From Fistulifera solaris (lineage: Eukaryota): a DNA stretch of 64,000 bases. Location: assembly GCA_030295235.1 (NCBI GenBank), contig AP026140.1, positions 868,001-932,000 of the forward strand, read 5' to 3'. Position 1 is the first letter of the stretch, and each line of letters opens with the position of its first letter. Made by a program: the position numbers and the translations under genes. Shown here piece after piece: positions 1 to 10,695 of the stretch. Below the pieces are notes generated by a model that was given only the letters and a program-made list of their open reading frames with translations, made no database searches and was not told the DNA's origin.

Positions 1-908
1 ATTCGACTGATTCCTTCCGCGCGTCCCGCCCACAAAAAGCCATTCAAATAGCCTATCAGAATACTAATACTGAGCATAAAACTCCCTACGGAAGTGGTTG
101 AAGTGGTAGGTACCCAAAACAACAAGATCAATTGCACCAATAGTTGGTACAAACAGATGAATCGCAACTGCGACACTTGTAAAAAGGTCCGAATCCGTAT
201 CAGCAGGACCGCGTGCAAGAACATGAAATAGTGTCCCAAAGCAGCATTCCATCGACTCGTCTTGCCTTCGGTAGATGATTCCAGTATGGCTTGTCCGCCA
301 CGAATCGCCAAAAACAATTGGATGACTGCCGCATAAAAGATGGAATTGGCCGGAATCGACCATTTGACGGTCCCCGACCACAGAGAGTGAGGATACGTAT
401 ACAACGTCCACGCACTCAAAAGACAGGCGGTCGTATAACAGGTCCACAATCGATAGTACATCACATCGTTCCACGAAACCCACGAAACGACGGTCAATGT
501 CAAGAGCGATGTCCACAACAAGACTTGATGAAAGGTAACAATGGCGGCCGTCGGTCGAAATTGCAATACCATCCATAACACACCCACTAATTCATAAAAG
601 ACGACAGCGTGTAAACCAAAGCCGTACTGGAGTGAATTTTCCTCGTCGTCCTCTTGGCACGTCGAAAAAAGACACTCACAAGGATTCGCATTCGTCTGGT
701 TCAAAAACGACAAACCCATGGGCAACAATCCGTATTGAAAGGGATACCCAATGAGAAGGAGATGCAAGAACAAGGAGCGATTGGGTGTCAAACCGAGGTA
801 TTGGGAAAGTTGAAGAAGAATCGTTCGCATCGTCGTCGATGTTGTGACGATTGTGGAATCATCGTCTTCGTCGTCGTCTTCTTCGTTGGGATATCGATTC
901 CTGGTCAT
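1..908 (-). CDS. Multi-pass membrane protein of unknown function (3'-truncated by the window edge)
   Basis: Manual translation from ATG 908 (MTRNRYPNEEDDDEDDDS...) stays open to the window start and has many hydrophobic segments (VVFYELVGVLWMVL, VLLWTSLLTLTVVSWV, FICLYQLLVQLILLFW). It is absent from the ORF track because it has no stop inside the window. Confidence 0.65.
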   Translation of the reverse strand, partial: MTRNRYPNEEDDDEDDDSTIVTTSTTMRTILLQLSQYLGLTPNRSLFLHLLLIGYPFQYGLLPMGLSFLNQTNANPCECLFSTCQEDDEENSLQYGFGLHAVVFYELVGVLWMVLQFRPTAAIVTFHQVLLWTSLLTLTVVSWVSWNDVMYYRLWTCYTTACLLSAWTLYTYPHSLWSGTVKWSIPANSIFYAAVIQLFLAIRGGQAILESSTEGKTSRWNAALGHYFMFLHAVLLIRIRTFLQVSQLRFICLYQLLVQLILLFWVPTTSTTSVGSFMLSISILIGYLNGFLWAGRAEGISR

Positions 909-1319
909 GCTCGCTGTTGAGTTTAGCCTTTTTCCGTATTATGCTGTAACAAATTATTGAGTCTTTTGCAATGACCGTTCGGTTGAATGAATCGAATACA
1001 CTATTCTATATCTTGGCTCTCATGGTGTCTCCTTCGCATTTTCCTACCTTCACTTTTTCGTTCATGTTTTTATAGGCCGTCAAAGATAATGGCATAGCGC
1101 ACCGGTACTGTTCATGTAAGCGTTAGTGTGACAAAAACAGCTCACCTTACTATAAGTTACAATGTACTGTTCTGCAGAAACGGATAGTCGTACGGACGGG
1201 ATGGCGATCCGCTCATTTTTTCACGTTTATTTATTTGCTTTTCTGTTTTATATTATGATCCAAGAACTCGCAATCAAAATCTACATCCATACTTCTATCC
1301 TACTTTCCAACAATCACAA

Positions 1320-2153
1320 ATGATTTCATCATCTACCGACGACAAAGAAGATGAGGAACCCGAGACGATCATTGCATGGAATGACGCCCAAATTCGCTGG
1401 ACGGACGATGTCCGTCCTGTGGAAGACGACCACGACGACGTTCCCCCCGACGTGTTGGCCCCAAATCCCCATCAAACTTTTTCGTTTCAAGGCAGTATTC
1501 AATTGCAGGGATATACGTCCGAATCGGACCAAACGTGGAATTCTACCGGACTCACCATATGGAAGGCAAGTGAATATTTGAGTCACTACCTTCTTTCGCA
1601 ACCGCCACTCGTCAATCAACGCGTCTTGGAATTGGGAGCGGGATTGGGATTGTGTGGCATTGTCGCGCATCGATTACTACAGGCTCGAACCGTCTATGTC
1701 ACTGATGGGGATTCCGATGTTTTGAAGGTAATGAAAGAAAACATTCAAGCCAATCGTTTGGCGGAGGAACGACCTATATCGGGACATCAATTGCTGTGGG
1801 GGGCCGAATATGCCTTAGCATTTTTAGAAACGATGCGTCGTTTGGAACCAGAAAACGACTCTCTACTGTTTGATGTCATTTTGGCCGCCGACGTCGTCTA
1901 CGTGCCGCAAGTGATCGCTCCCTTGTTCGAAACCGTCCATACAGTGTTGGAGCCTGTGGTAGGAGTCTTTCTGTTAGCATTTGCGCGACGCCTGGTCGAT
2001 GTGACACTGGACGATGTCTTGCAAGAAGCGAAACGGGCGGGTTTTGTGTACGAACAACGCAGTAGCGATCCAGACACGGAACAAGGTTTGTATCTGTATG
2101 CTTTCGGCGTCCGCCGCCACCAAAATGAAACGATTCCTATACAGCAAAAGTGA
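1320..2153 (+). CDS. Protein lysine N-methyltransferase, METTL21/Methyltransf_16 family
   Basis: TGLTIWKASEYLSHYL, VLELGAGLGLCG (SAM motif I), VTDGD, LLWG, FDVILAADVVY. Confidence 0.85.
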   Translation: MISSSTDDKEDEEPETIIAWNDAQIRWTDDVRPVEDDHDDVPPDVLAPNPHQTFSFQGSIQLQGYTSESDQTWNSTGLTIWKASEYLSHYLLSQPPLVNQRVLELGAGLGLCGIVAHRLLQARTVYVTDGDSDVLKVMKENIQANRLAEERPISGHQLLWGAEYALAFLETMRRLEPENDSLLFDVILAADVVYVPQVIAPLFETVHTVLEPVVGVFLLAFARRLVDVTLDDVLQEAKRAGFVYEQRSSDPDTEQGLYLYAFGVRRHQNETIPIQQK

Positions 2154-2271
2154 TTCCAAATTGACTCCGTACACACACACGTACGATGGCCCATTCGACG
2201 AGAGACTCGTCAGAGCCTATTCAACTTAATATAGTTTGTACTTATTCGGATTCTTTGTTGTTATAATTATT

Positions 2272-3050
2272 TTACTCGAATAGGAACGACACTTGCTTGT
2301 TGGTCAATTTGCTGTAAACGGCGGCAAATGTTTCCGTTCGACCTTCCACATTGGCTTGATCCTTGCCATCCAAGTACACTTTGAGGACACGCTTGCCGTC
2401 GACCTTGACACGGGTTCGTTTGCCGACAATTTCCGTGGGAAAGACCAAATCTTCCAAAATGGCATCTTGGACGGCGGTCAAAGTTCGCGAACGGGGACGC
2501 GGACCGCTGGTTTTGGGATTGCGGGCGTACGACGGTCCCAAGATGGTACGTTGGGCAATGACGACCACGTGACGACCGGAAAACTTCTTTTCCAATTCGC
2601 GAACCAATCGTTGGTGGACTTTTTGGAAGGATTTGCGCAGCTTGTAGGGGACGTACAACAAAATGGCCTTGCGCCCGGCCCCGCAATCGACTTCCTTAGC
2701 GGCGGTAATGAACAAATCACGGAGTGAGGCTTTGAGATCGGGCGATGTCATTTCCAAGTTGAGGAGTTCTTGGGCCACGGAGGCTTCGAATTCATCGGGT
2801 TCGGCCTGTATAAGAGGACAAAGAAAGAGTATGAGAAACACGTGGATCAAACCAACAGAATCATGGATCAGCAGCAGATTTGGTTTCTGGGAGTCTAATA
2901 ATAGTAACAACAACAGCAATGAAAACTGTTCCGCAAGCAAACTACCCCAAGTCGTTGTCCTCTTCCTGCGCGTGCTCTCCTTTCTTCAGGAAAACCAAAA
3001 CGAAAATTGCCACTCACACCGGCCGCCTTTCGGATCTTTTGTACGCTCAT
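2272..3050 (-). CDS. RPS7: 40S ribosomal protein S7 (eS7), 2 exons
   Basis: Exon 1 3050-3018 ([11 protein letters not shown]); GT-AG intron 3017-2806; exon 2 has [43 protein letters not shown]. Confidence 0.97.
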
Positions 3051-3447
3051 TGTATTAATTGATGTATAATAATAAAAGAAAGAAAAGGAAAAAAGTCCGT
3101 CAATAACAAATTGATTCCAACAATAGCGACGTCCGTATTATTTTATTTTCAGCGGATCGACGATAACGACGCGAGGAGGGTTGTAGTAAAGCGATACCGC
3201 GGTAAAATGAGCGATGACGTCAAACGCGGGAGCCGATTCTCCGGTGGAGCCTCCTGCCGCACCGGCATTCAAGGCGCGCGAAAAAGGATCGGCCGGCGTG
3301 CTGGAGGGAGGGAAAAAATGCAACGAAAACAAAATCGAACAATAACACAATAACATCCGATCGACCTTCATTTCTCTTGTGCATTCTACAACAAATCATT
3401 ACTCCACGTCTACTTCATTCTATCTTTCTCATTCCGAAGAATCAAGA

Positions 3448-5501
3448 ATGACGACCATGCAGCCCGAATTGAAGAATGCCTTCTCGAAAGTTGGTCTCAA
3501 AACCATTGATGAAGCGACCATGAGTAAATGTGAGTTGCTTTGTATTCTTGTATTCTAATTCTTCCTTCTGCAACTCACACAAACACTCGTTTTCTAGGCA
3601 CGGCGGCGGCTACCATGTTGCGTCTGACGCCCCAACAAGTCGCGACGTGTTGGGAAGCGTACAGTTTGAAGAAGAATACGACGACATTGAATGAACAATC
3701 CTTTGAAGGATTTCGTGATCTGCTCGTCAAGGAATCGAATACTCTCGATATTCCCATGTCCGAAACGAATGACAGTCCGCGGGGCGCTGTATTGCCGCCG
3801 CGGAGTTTGCCGCACGTGACACCGCCCGCCAAACGATTGCAACTGGCGGTCGCTACCGAACCACGTCGTTCTTCTTCTTCGCTGAGTCCAGGCCCACCCG
3901 TGTCGTTGCAACCGTCCGACAAGTACGAAACACGCACCGGAGCGGGTCAAATCGTTTCGACCTTTTCCGCAAAGAAAAACGCACCGCGACGTACGTTCCC
4001 TTGTCGCGTCCCAAATGTGCGATTCGCAAAGATTCCTTTTCCACCAATCTATCGCACACGTATCGATCCATGTTTACCACGACGGAACAACGTGCGACCG
4101 CATTGAATCAACAATTGCTGGAAATGACCAAACACTTGATTGACAAATATCAATTGGGACAATCCGACCAAGTTGCACCGTTGGAAGGCGTCGGGATACC
4201 GCGCGCCGATCAAGTGTGCAATGTGGGGCGCATTTGCAATGCCGCGCATGCTGGCAAAATCAATGCCACGTCCTGTTTACTGGAAGGGGAGTCGCGCCGA
4301 AGGCGGGTCCGTGTATCACTGGACTGGAGTGGAGTGTCCCAATATTCCGTCTTTCCGGGACAAATTGTCGCGCTGGAAGGCATGAATCCGACAGGACGCA
4401 AATTGCAAGTGCAACGTCTGTGTGAAGGGGCCGCGGCAGCGTCGGTGACCACGCGCCGGAGTGCGTTGCGACAGTATCATCTCCAGGCCCAAGAAGGACA
4501 GCCCCTCAAACTAGTGACGGCCGCGGGGCCCTTTACCACCAGTGACAATTTTCACTATCAACCGCTGCAAGATTTGTTGCACGTGGTTCAACAAGAACAA
4601 CCCGATGTCGTGATACTGACGGGGCCCTTTGTGGATCTGGATCACCCAGCGGTCCAGAGTGGACAAACGATCTTGCAAGATGAAGAAGGCAATGATGTCA
4701 TTGTCCCGTACGAAACATTCTTTGTGCACAAGATTTCGTTGTTGTTGGAAGAATTGTTGACGGAACATCCCATGTTGATGACGCAATTTGTGCTTGTGCC
4801 GAGTTTGGAAGATGCGACGGCCGAGTGGGTGTAAGTCGGCGGTGTTGCTGTTTTGTGTTCATTGCATATCGCATCACTACTAACATTTTGCCTCCAGTTA
4901 CCCGCAACCGCCCTTCCAAGACCGCGTTCCCGGAGGACTGCAGCCCAATATTCCGGGAGCGGATGGTATCACGATCGGCACCATGGGATTGGACTATGTT
5001 GAAACGGCGACGGAACTGCCGTGCCAAAGAGTCCATTGTGTCCCCAACCCGTGCACGTTGCAAATCAACGAAGTCGTCATTGGCATCACCTCGACCGATG
5101 TACTGTTTCACATGAGTGCCGACGAGACCAACGCCAATTTGCCTCCGGGATCGCGTCTGGCTCGAATTTCGCAACACTTGTTGCAGCAGCGGAGTTACTA
5201 TCCGCTGTTTCCGCCGGCGCCGGGCATGAATATGGATTATCAGTATATGGAGCAATGGAGTATGCCCTGTCAGCCCGATGTGCTGATATTGCCGTCCAAG
5301 CTGGCGTGCTTTTCCCGCACGGTGATGGATACGACGATTGTGGTGAATCCCGGTCGATTGACGCGCGATACCGTGGGAGGGACGTATGCGATCATGGAGG
5401 TGCATCCGTTTTCGAAAGATGTTTTGGAAGCGGCTGACGATGACGCTGAGTTGCCACATGCGCTTCCGGAACGAACAGAAGTAGAAATCAAGCGCATTTG
5501 A
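3448..5501 (+). CDS. POLA2: DNA polymerase alpha subunit B (2 introns, 1 apparent frameshift near 3965)
   Basis: SVFPGQIVALEGMNPTG, AAGPFTTSDN, PDVVILTGPFVD, VPNPCTLQINEV, QQRSYYPLFP, PDVLILPSKL, VVNPGRL; introns about 3530-3596 and 4831-4897. Confidence 0.92.
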
Positions 5502-6077
5502 GTTTTTTTAGTGCAATAACCTATCATAGTCGAAAGTTATAAAGAGTGTTTGGTCTTTTTGTTCCCCATCCGACGCCGCTTCTGTCAACTTGAAAGGAAC
5601 GAAACAGTTGCTTTATCTATGGTGTTGTTGGTTTGGATGTTGTTTTTGTAGTATTCGGGTAGCGTTTCTTGTCATTCTTTGCTATTGCAAACTTTATTTC
5701 AAACCGGCACTACTTGACTATAACCCCAACGTGTAGACGACTTTTTGACGTGACTGGATACACTCGTGAATAAACGCCGCCCATAAAAAAATCGCACATT
5801 TATTCGCAAATTTCGCAAATCACCATGATGACAATAATATAATCTTAATCATACACCAGGTATACATCAAGCATCTTTTCATTTAACGAATCTACCCCGC
5901 AGCTTAATCATTGCAAAACAACCTGTAGAATTGCTGTTCTCCCTTTTTCATCAGTCATCCAGGAAAGGTCGTAAATTGTCTCTGTGAAAGTGATGTGAAT
6001 TGGACCTCGATTGTCGATTGCTTCAAATGTACTTTACAAAACGAACACGCCGAGCAACCGCTACCCTACTGATAATC

Positions 6078-7027
6078 ATGTTAGCTGCTCTACGAAATGT
6101 GACGCCTTTTACTCGCTCTATCCTTTCTTCGCGATGCATGTCGACGCAAAATACTTTTTGCGATCCACCGAAGCATCGCAAGCATCAGAAGCATCATCGG
6201 CTGTACCGCCTCCGGTCTACCGCGCCGAAGGATTGTTCGCCGTCGACAAACCACTCCATTGGACGTCCAGTCAAGTGGTTTCCCTATTTACGGGGAATTT
6301 TGGAACGCGATGCCCGCACGCGGGGTGCCCAGCTACCCCGGCGCAGTCCGCGCATCAAAATGGGGCACGGCGGAACACTGGATCCGTTAGCGAACGGTGT
6401 CTTGGTGTTGGGGGTCGGCCACGGAACCAAACAACTGCAAAGGTACGTTGTGTATGGTGTGCGACGTTCTTGGTGAGTCTCGTAGAGGCAACTGATCCTT
6501 TCTCCACAGTTATCTATCGGGTTCCAAAGCGTATCGCGCGGGTGGTGAATTCGGCTTTGAAACCAATACATTGGACATGGAAGGCAATATTACCCGGCGG
6601 GCTGCCTATGATCACATTCATGACTTGGAACACGTACGACCGCACTTTGTGGGTACCATTGAACAAATTCCGCCCCTCTTCAGTGCCATTAAACAGGACG
6701 GCCAACGATTGTATCAAAAAAGCCCGGAAAGGACACACCGATGTGGACATTCCAGCTCGTTCCGTGACCATCTACGAACTGCAATTTTTAAATGTCAATC
6801 TACCCAAATTCGATATTGAGGTCGAATGTGGTGGCGGCACGTACATTCGATCGTTGATCCGTGATATCGCCTATCAATTGGACACGGTGGCGACGACCAC
6901 GTATTTACAACGAATCAAGCAGGGTCCTTTCACCTTGGAGGATTGTTTACAAAAGGAAGATTGGACGGCCGACAACATTTATGCAGCAATTGAACGCCAT
7001 CAACAAAAGTTATTAGAATTAATATAG
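6078..7027 (+). CDS. truB: tRNA pseudouridine-55 synthase, TruB family, probably organelle-targeted (intron and several indels)
   Basis: FAVDKPLHWTS, KMGHGGTLDPLANGVLVLGVG, QIPPLFSAIKQDGQRLY and VECGGGTYIRSLIRDI are spread over alternating frames. Confidence 0.88.
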
Positions 7028-7147
7028 ATGCTAGTATTATTCGAATTGGTCACATTCGTCTATATTGTAGAAAAAAAGAAAAAAAGAGCGAGCCTCCCTG
7101 GGTAGAATTCGCATTGACAGAAACACCCGCGGTATGATGACTTCACT

Positions 7148-8136
7148 TCACGCCCGCACATGATCGGCCAACAGACTGCGTTGCGGACTTTGTCGGACCA
7201 TGGAATACAGGGCATCCAAATTGTCCGTTTGTGCCGCAAAGACCAACGGACGGTCTTTGCCGTGAAGATGCGCTCCGTTTTCCACTAAAAGAGAAACAAT
7301 TTCGGATTGACGCAACGCCATGGCGACAAACAAGGGTGTCGTCGTTTCCTTGTCCTCCACGATAGTCGCATTGTGTTGCAAGAGTGCCTGGACCATATCA
7401 CAATTGCCCTTTTGACGGCCATTAATAAGGGTGACGATCCCACCCAATTCTTGGTGTCCGTGTCGGCTCCATGTTTTAACAGCAGGTGTACCATGTCATT
7501 GTGATTCTTCGAAATGGCCATGAACAAGGGTGTACAACCGCGGGGATCTTGTACCGATACATCGGCCCCGTGTTCAATCAATAATTGCACCATATCGACT
7601 TGTTCACTGAGAATGGCCAAAAAGAGGGGTGTTTGTTGTAACACTGTCGTAGAAGCATTGACCTTGGCTTTGTATTGCAGTAACAATTGCACGAGGTCCA
7701 GACGTCGTTTCGCAATCGCCGCCAACAAGGGCGTGATACCGAAGGCGTCGACAGAGTTGGGATCGGCGCCGTGTTGTAATAACAGAGCAGTGATTTCAGA
7801 GTGCCCGTGACTCACTGCTAAAGACAGTGGTGGTGAGGTATCCGAATTGACTTGCGCGCCGTGTTCGACTAAAATGCGCACAATGTCAATGTGATTTTGT
7901 ACGACGGCCATGTGCAAGGCGGATTTGCCGTGCCCGCGGTTCGGTTCGGCGCCATATTCTAATAAAGCCAAGACATTGTCGGGTTGATTGCGAAAGCTGG
8001 CACAACTAAGGGGTAATACATTGTGGGCCGTTTCATTCGCCAACGCGGCGTGTTCTTGCAAGTGACGACGCACCTGATGGCCGTGCAGTAAAGCGGCCCA
8101 GAAATCGTGTTTGCGTGTATTATTCGTGCTTGTCAT
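7148..8136 (-). CDS. Ankyrin repeat protein (frameshift near 7410)
   Basis: Repeated TPLFxA...xxMVxLLxxHGA units that continue into ORF 7148-7447. Confidence 0.9.
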
Positions 8137-8638
8137 TGTTGTAATTGAAAGTTTATATGAGACGTAATGAAGTGAAAGGAAGTAATGGAAGACGCAAGTT
8201 ATTGAACGAAATGAATGAAGGTCGTGTGCTTCATTTTCCTTTTTTTTTTCTTTTGATGAAGATGATCTTCTGGATGGTTTTTCTGTTTTCTGCCACGTGA
8301 TAGCTGGCCGGCGTGGAGGAACGAGACGTTGTCGTACACTGCTACTATAATAAGTGTTTTCACTTGTTTCTGATACTTAGGCCCTGTTGGCTTCAACCGC
8401 CATTCCGCAAGATAGGGAATATAAGAATGTGTCCATACACGAATACTATATATTAGAATTAATCCGTGAATGAAACAAGAGATGCTTGGACTTATTGTTA
8501 ACTCGAACTCTCCTGCAGGAAAACTTCCACTGCGGCCAACAATAAAAAAAAAACGGCTATGCGATGATGACGATCATACATCATTCGTCATGGTATTCCA
8601 TATTCTCCAAAGAACAACCGCAACAAACAACCAATAAT

Positions 8639-10108
8639 ATGACATCCACTCAACGCCCCCGAGGACGATCACGGACTCCGCGCAGTCGTTCTCCTCCGGT
8701 ACATCAACGCAATGATTCTTCTTCGTACGAATCATCGTCCTGGATTGCTTCGTTGGCGCTCTTGGGGGATTCGTGGGGATCTTTGTTCAGTTCGGCTGGT
8801 TTGTTAATGATAGCATTACTGATTTCGTACCAAATGGAACACAACAGATTGTTACTTCCGCAGAAATTACTCGACCATCCATTCGTATCGGCTTTCCAAA
8901 GTTACTGGAGTCAAGATCCGTACGATACATTAGGACCTGTTCCATCAATCGGTGAAGCTATCATTTATCATATTCAAGACATTCGAACGGATCCGGAAAT
9001 CAGTCGACAACTGGTGGAAGCCTACGCCAAAGACGGTGTGGTCGCCATTCGTGGATTGATGGACGATGAATTGTTGACTTCCTTACAGAACGAATCCACC
9101 ATCTTTATGCAACAACAACAGGAACGCAATGCCCGACGACGTCGCAAACCACAAACGCAATTCTTTACCAATGTGCACGGCGCCATATTTCGGAATTACC
9201 AATGGAATACGACAACACCGGCTTTGAATAATTCGTTTGTGCGGGTCGCATTGACGTCTCTCGTTCCCAAATTGGCGGGAGAACTCTTGCAGTCGGTGGG
9301 AGCTATGAATGACTCCCAGAATTTACGGGTTTTGCGGGATATTTTTCTCGCCAAAGACACGGAACAGTACGTGTGTGGATGGCACGTCGATGACATTGGG
9401 TTTTGGCCCGCACTACCGGACGCGCCCGGGATCAATGCGTGGATTGCATTGGATGATATGCCCCTCGAAAAAGGCGGTGGTTTCGCGGTGGCGGTCGGAT
9501 CGCATCAAGCACCGTGGCTTCATCAAGCATTGAAAGAAATTGGAGCCCCGACGACCTTTCCGCCGGAAGGATATGCATCCGCACACGATATGATAAACCG
9601 ACGGACCGGCAATGGGACGTGCAATCTGAAGCGAGGAGCCCCGCACTTGCATCGACGCATGGAAGATACGAAACGCGTGTACGATATTCAACGAGGAGAT
9701 GTGATATTTCACGATCGTTGGTTGTTTCATCGGACGGTTCCTATGAACAGGACGTTACTCAAAGACGAAGAAGAAGAACGAATTTATCGTCGTTACAGCA
9801 TTCGCTACAGTCCGGGCACCGCCATCATTCCACCGGGCTACGGAACGGAATGGAGTGTCTTGTACGATCCACAGAATGGAGGCCGGACCGCCAATCGCGT
9901 TTCCGAATCCTTACCGTGGTATCCTCAAGCGTGGCCGACCCCCTTGGATCACGAGGTAAAGGCCATGGCCGACCTCGTGCAGCACATTCTGCCTGGCGTC
10001 GAAGAACAGCAAGCGGAGCGGGAACGAGAAATGCAACCGTTATTGCAACAATTGGCCCAACGCAAAGATCGTGAAATGGCCCGTCAGCATCGGAACAAAG
10101 CCAGGTGA
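8639..10108 (+). CDS. Phytanoyl-CoA dioxygenase (PhyH)-like Fe(II)/2OG dioxygenase with N-terminal hydrophobic anchor
   Basis: YAKDGVVAIRGL, WHVDD (HxD), NAWIALDDM, GDVIFHDRWLFHRT. Confidence 0.8.
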   Translation: MTSTQRPRGRSRTPRSRSPPVHQRNDSSSYESSSWIASLALLGDSWGSLFSSAGLLMIALLISYQMEHNRLLLPQKLLDHPFVSAFQSYWSQDPYDTLGPVPSIGEAIIYHIQDIRTDPEISRQLVEAYAKDGVVAIRGLMDDELLTSLQNESTIFMQQQQERNARRRRKPQTQFFTNVHGAIFRNYQWNTTTPALNNSFVRVALTSLVPKLAGELLQSVGAMNDSQNLRVLRDIFLAKDTEQYVCGWHVDDIGFWPALPDAPGINAWIALDDMPLEKGGGFAVAVGSHQAPWLHQALKEIGAPTTFPPEGYASAHDMINRRTGNGTCNLKRGAPHLHRRMEDTKRVYDIQRGDVIFHDRWLFHRTVPMNRTLLKDEEEERIYRRYSIRYSPGTAIIPPGYGTEWSVLYDPQNGGRTANRVSESLPWYPQAWPTPLDHEVKAMADLVQHILPGVEEQQAEREREMQPLLQQLAQRKDREMARQHRNKAR

Positions 10109-10329
10109 TAACAACAGTAATAATAATAAGCTTGTAGTTATCTTAAAGTGTGTTGGTAGAGATGATGATTCGTGGGATAGCGGCTTCTAACCTTACCTAC
10201 TGCATACGTTTTTACTAACAAGCTGATGGTTCGTTCGTCCTTGGCTCAAACCGGCTGACGAAGAATGTGTCGAGTCAGAATTATAATAGTTGGATCATGA
10301 ACTATGAAGTTTTTATTCATGTATAGATG

Positions 10330-10402
10330 GCCTGTGTAGCTCAGTAGGTAGAGCGCCCGGCTTTTAACCGTGTGGTCGTGGGTTCGAGCCCCACCATAGG
10401 TG
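10330..10402 (+). tRNA. trnK-UUU: tRNA-Lys (anticodon UUU)
   Basis: Cloverleaf: acceptor GCCTGTG/CATAGGT, D arm GCTC..GAGC, anticodon loop CT-TTT-AA, T arm GTGGG-TTCGAGC-CCCAC; T-rich tract downstream. Confidence 0.95.
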
Positions 10403-10695
10403 CTATCTCTGTTTTTGCTTTTACTGTTTTGCATGTAAGCATTTCACTCTAGTTTTTTGTTTAAGATAACGGTTGGTCACACACATGTCGCACCTCTTAT
10501 GTAAACTTTTTGAATTGATTTCATCATCTACAAGTATGAATACAATAAATAAGCGCTGGTCGAGACTTTGTTTTTCAAGCGCTGGACGCCACGATGAGCT
10601 TTCGTTGGAGGCACATGGGCTGTCACTGTCATCGCATCGACAAAAAGAGAACGATTAAAACCATTCGTTTTAAAGGTCTCTTACAATCAAGAACG

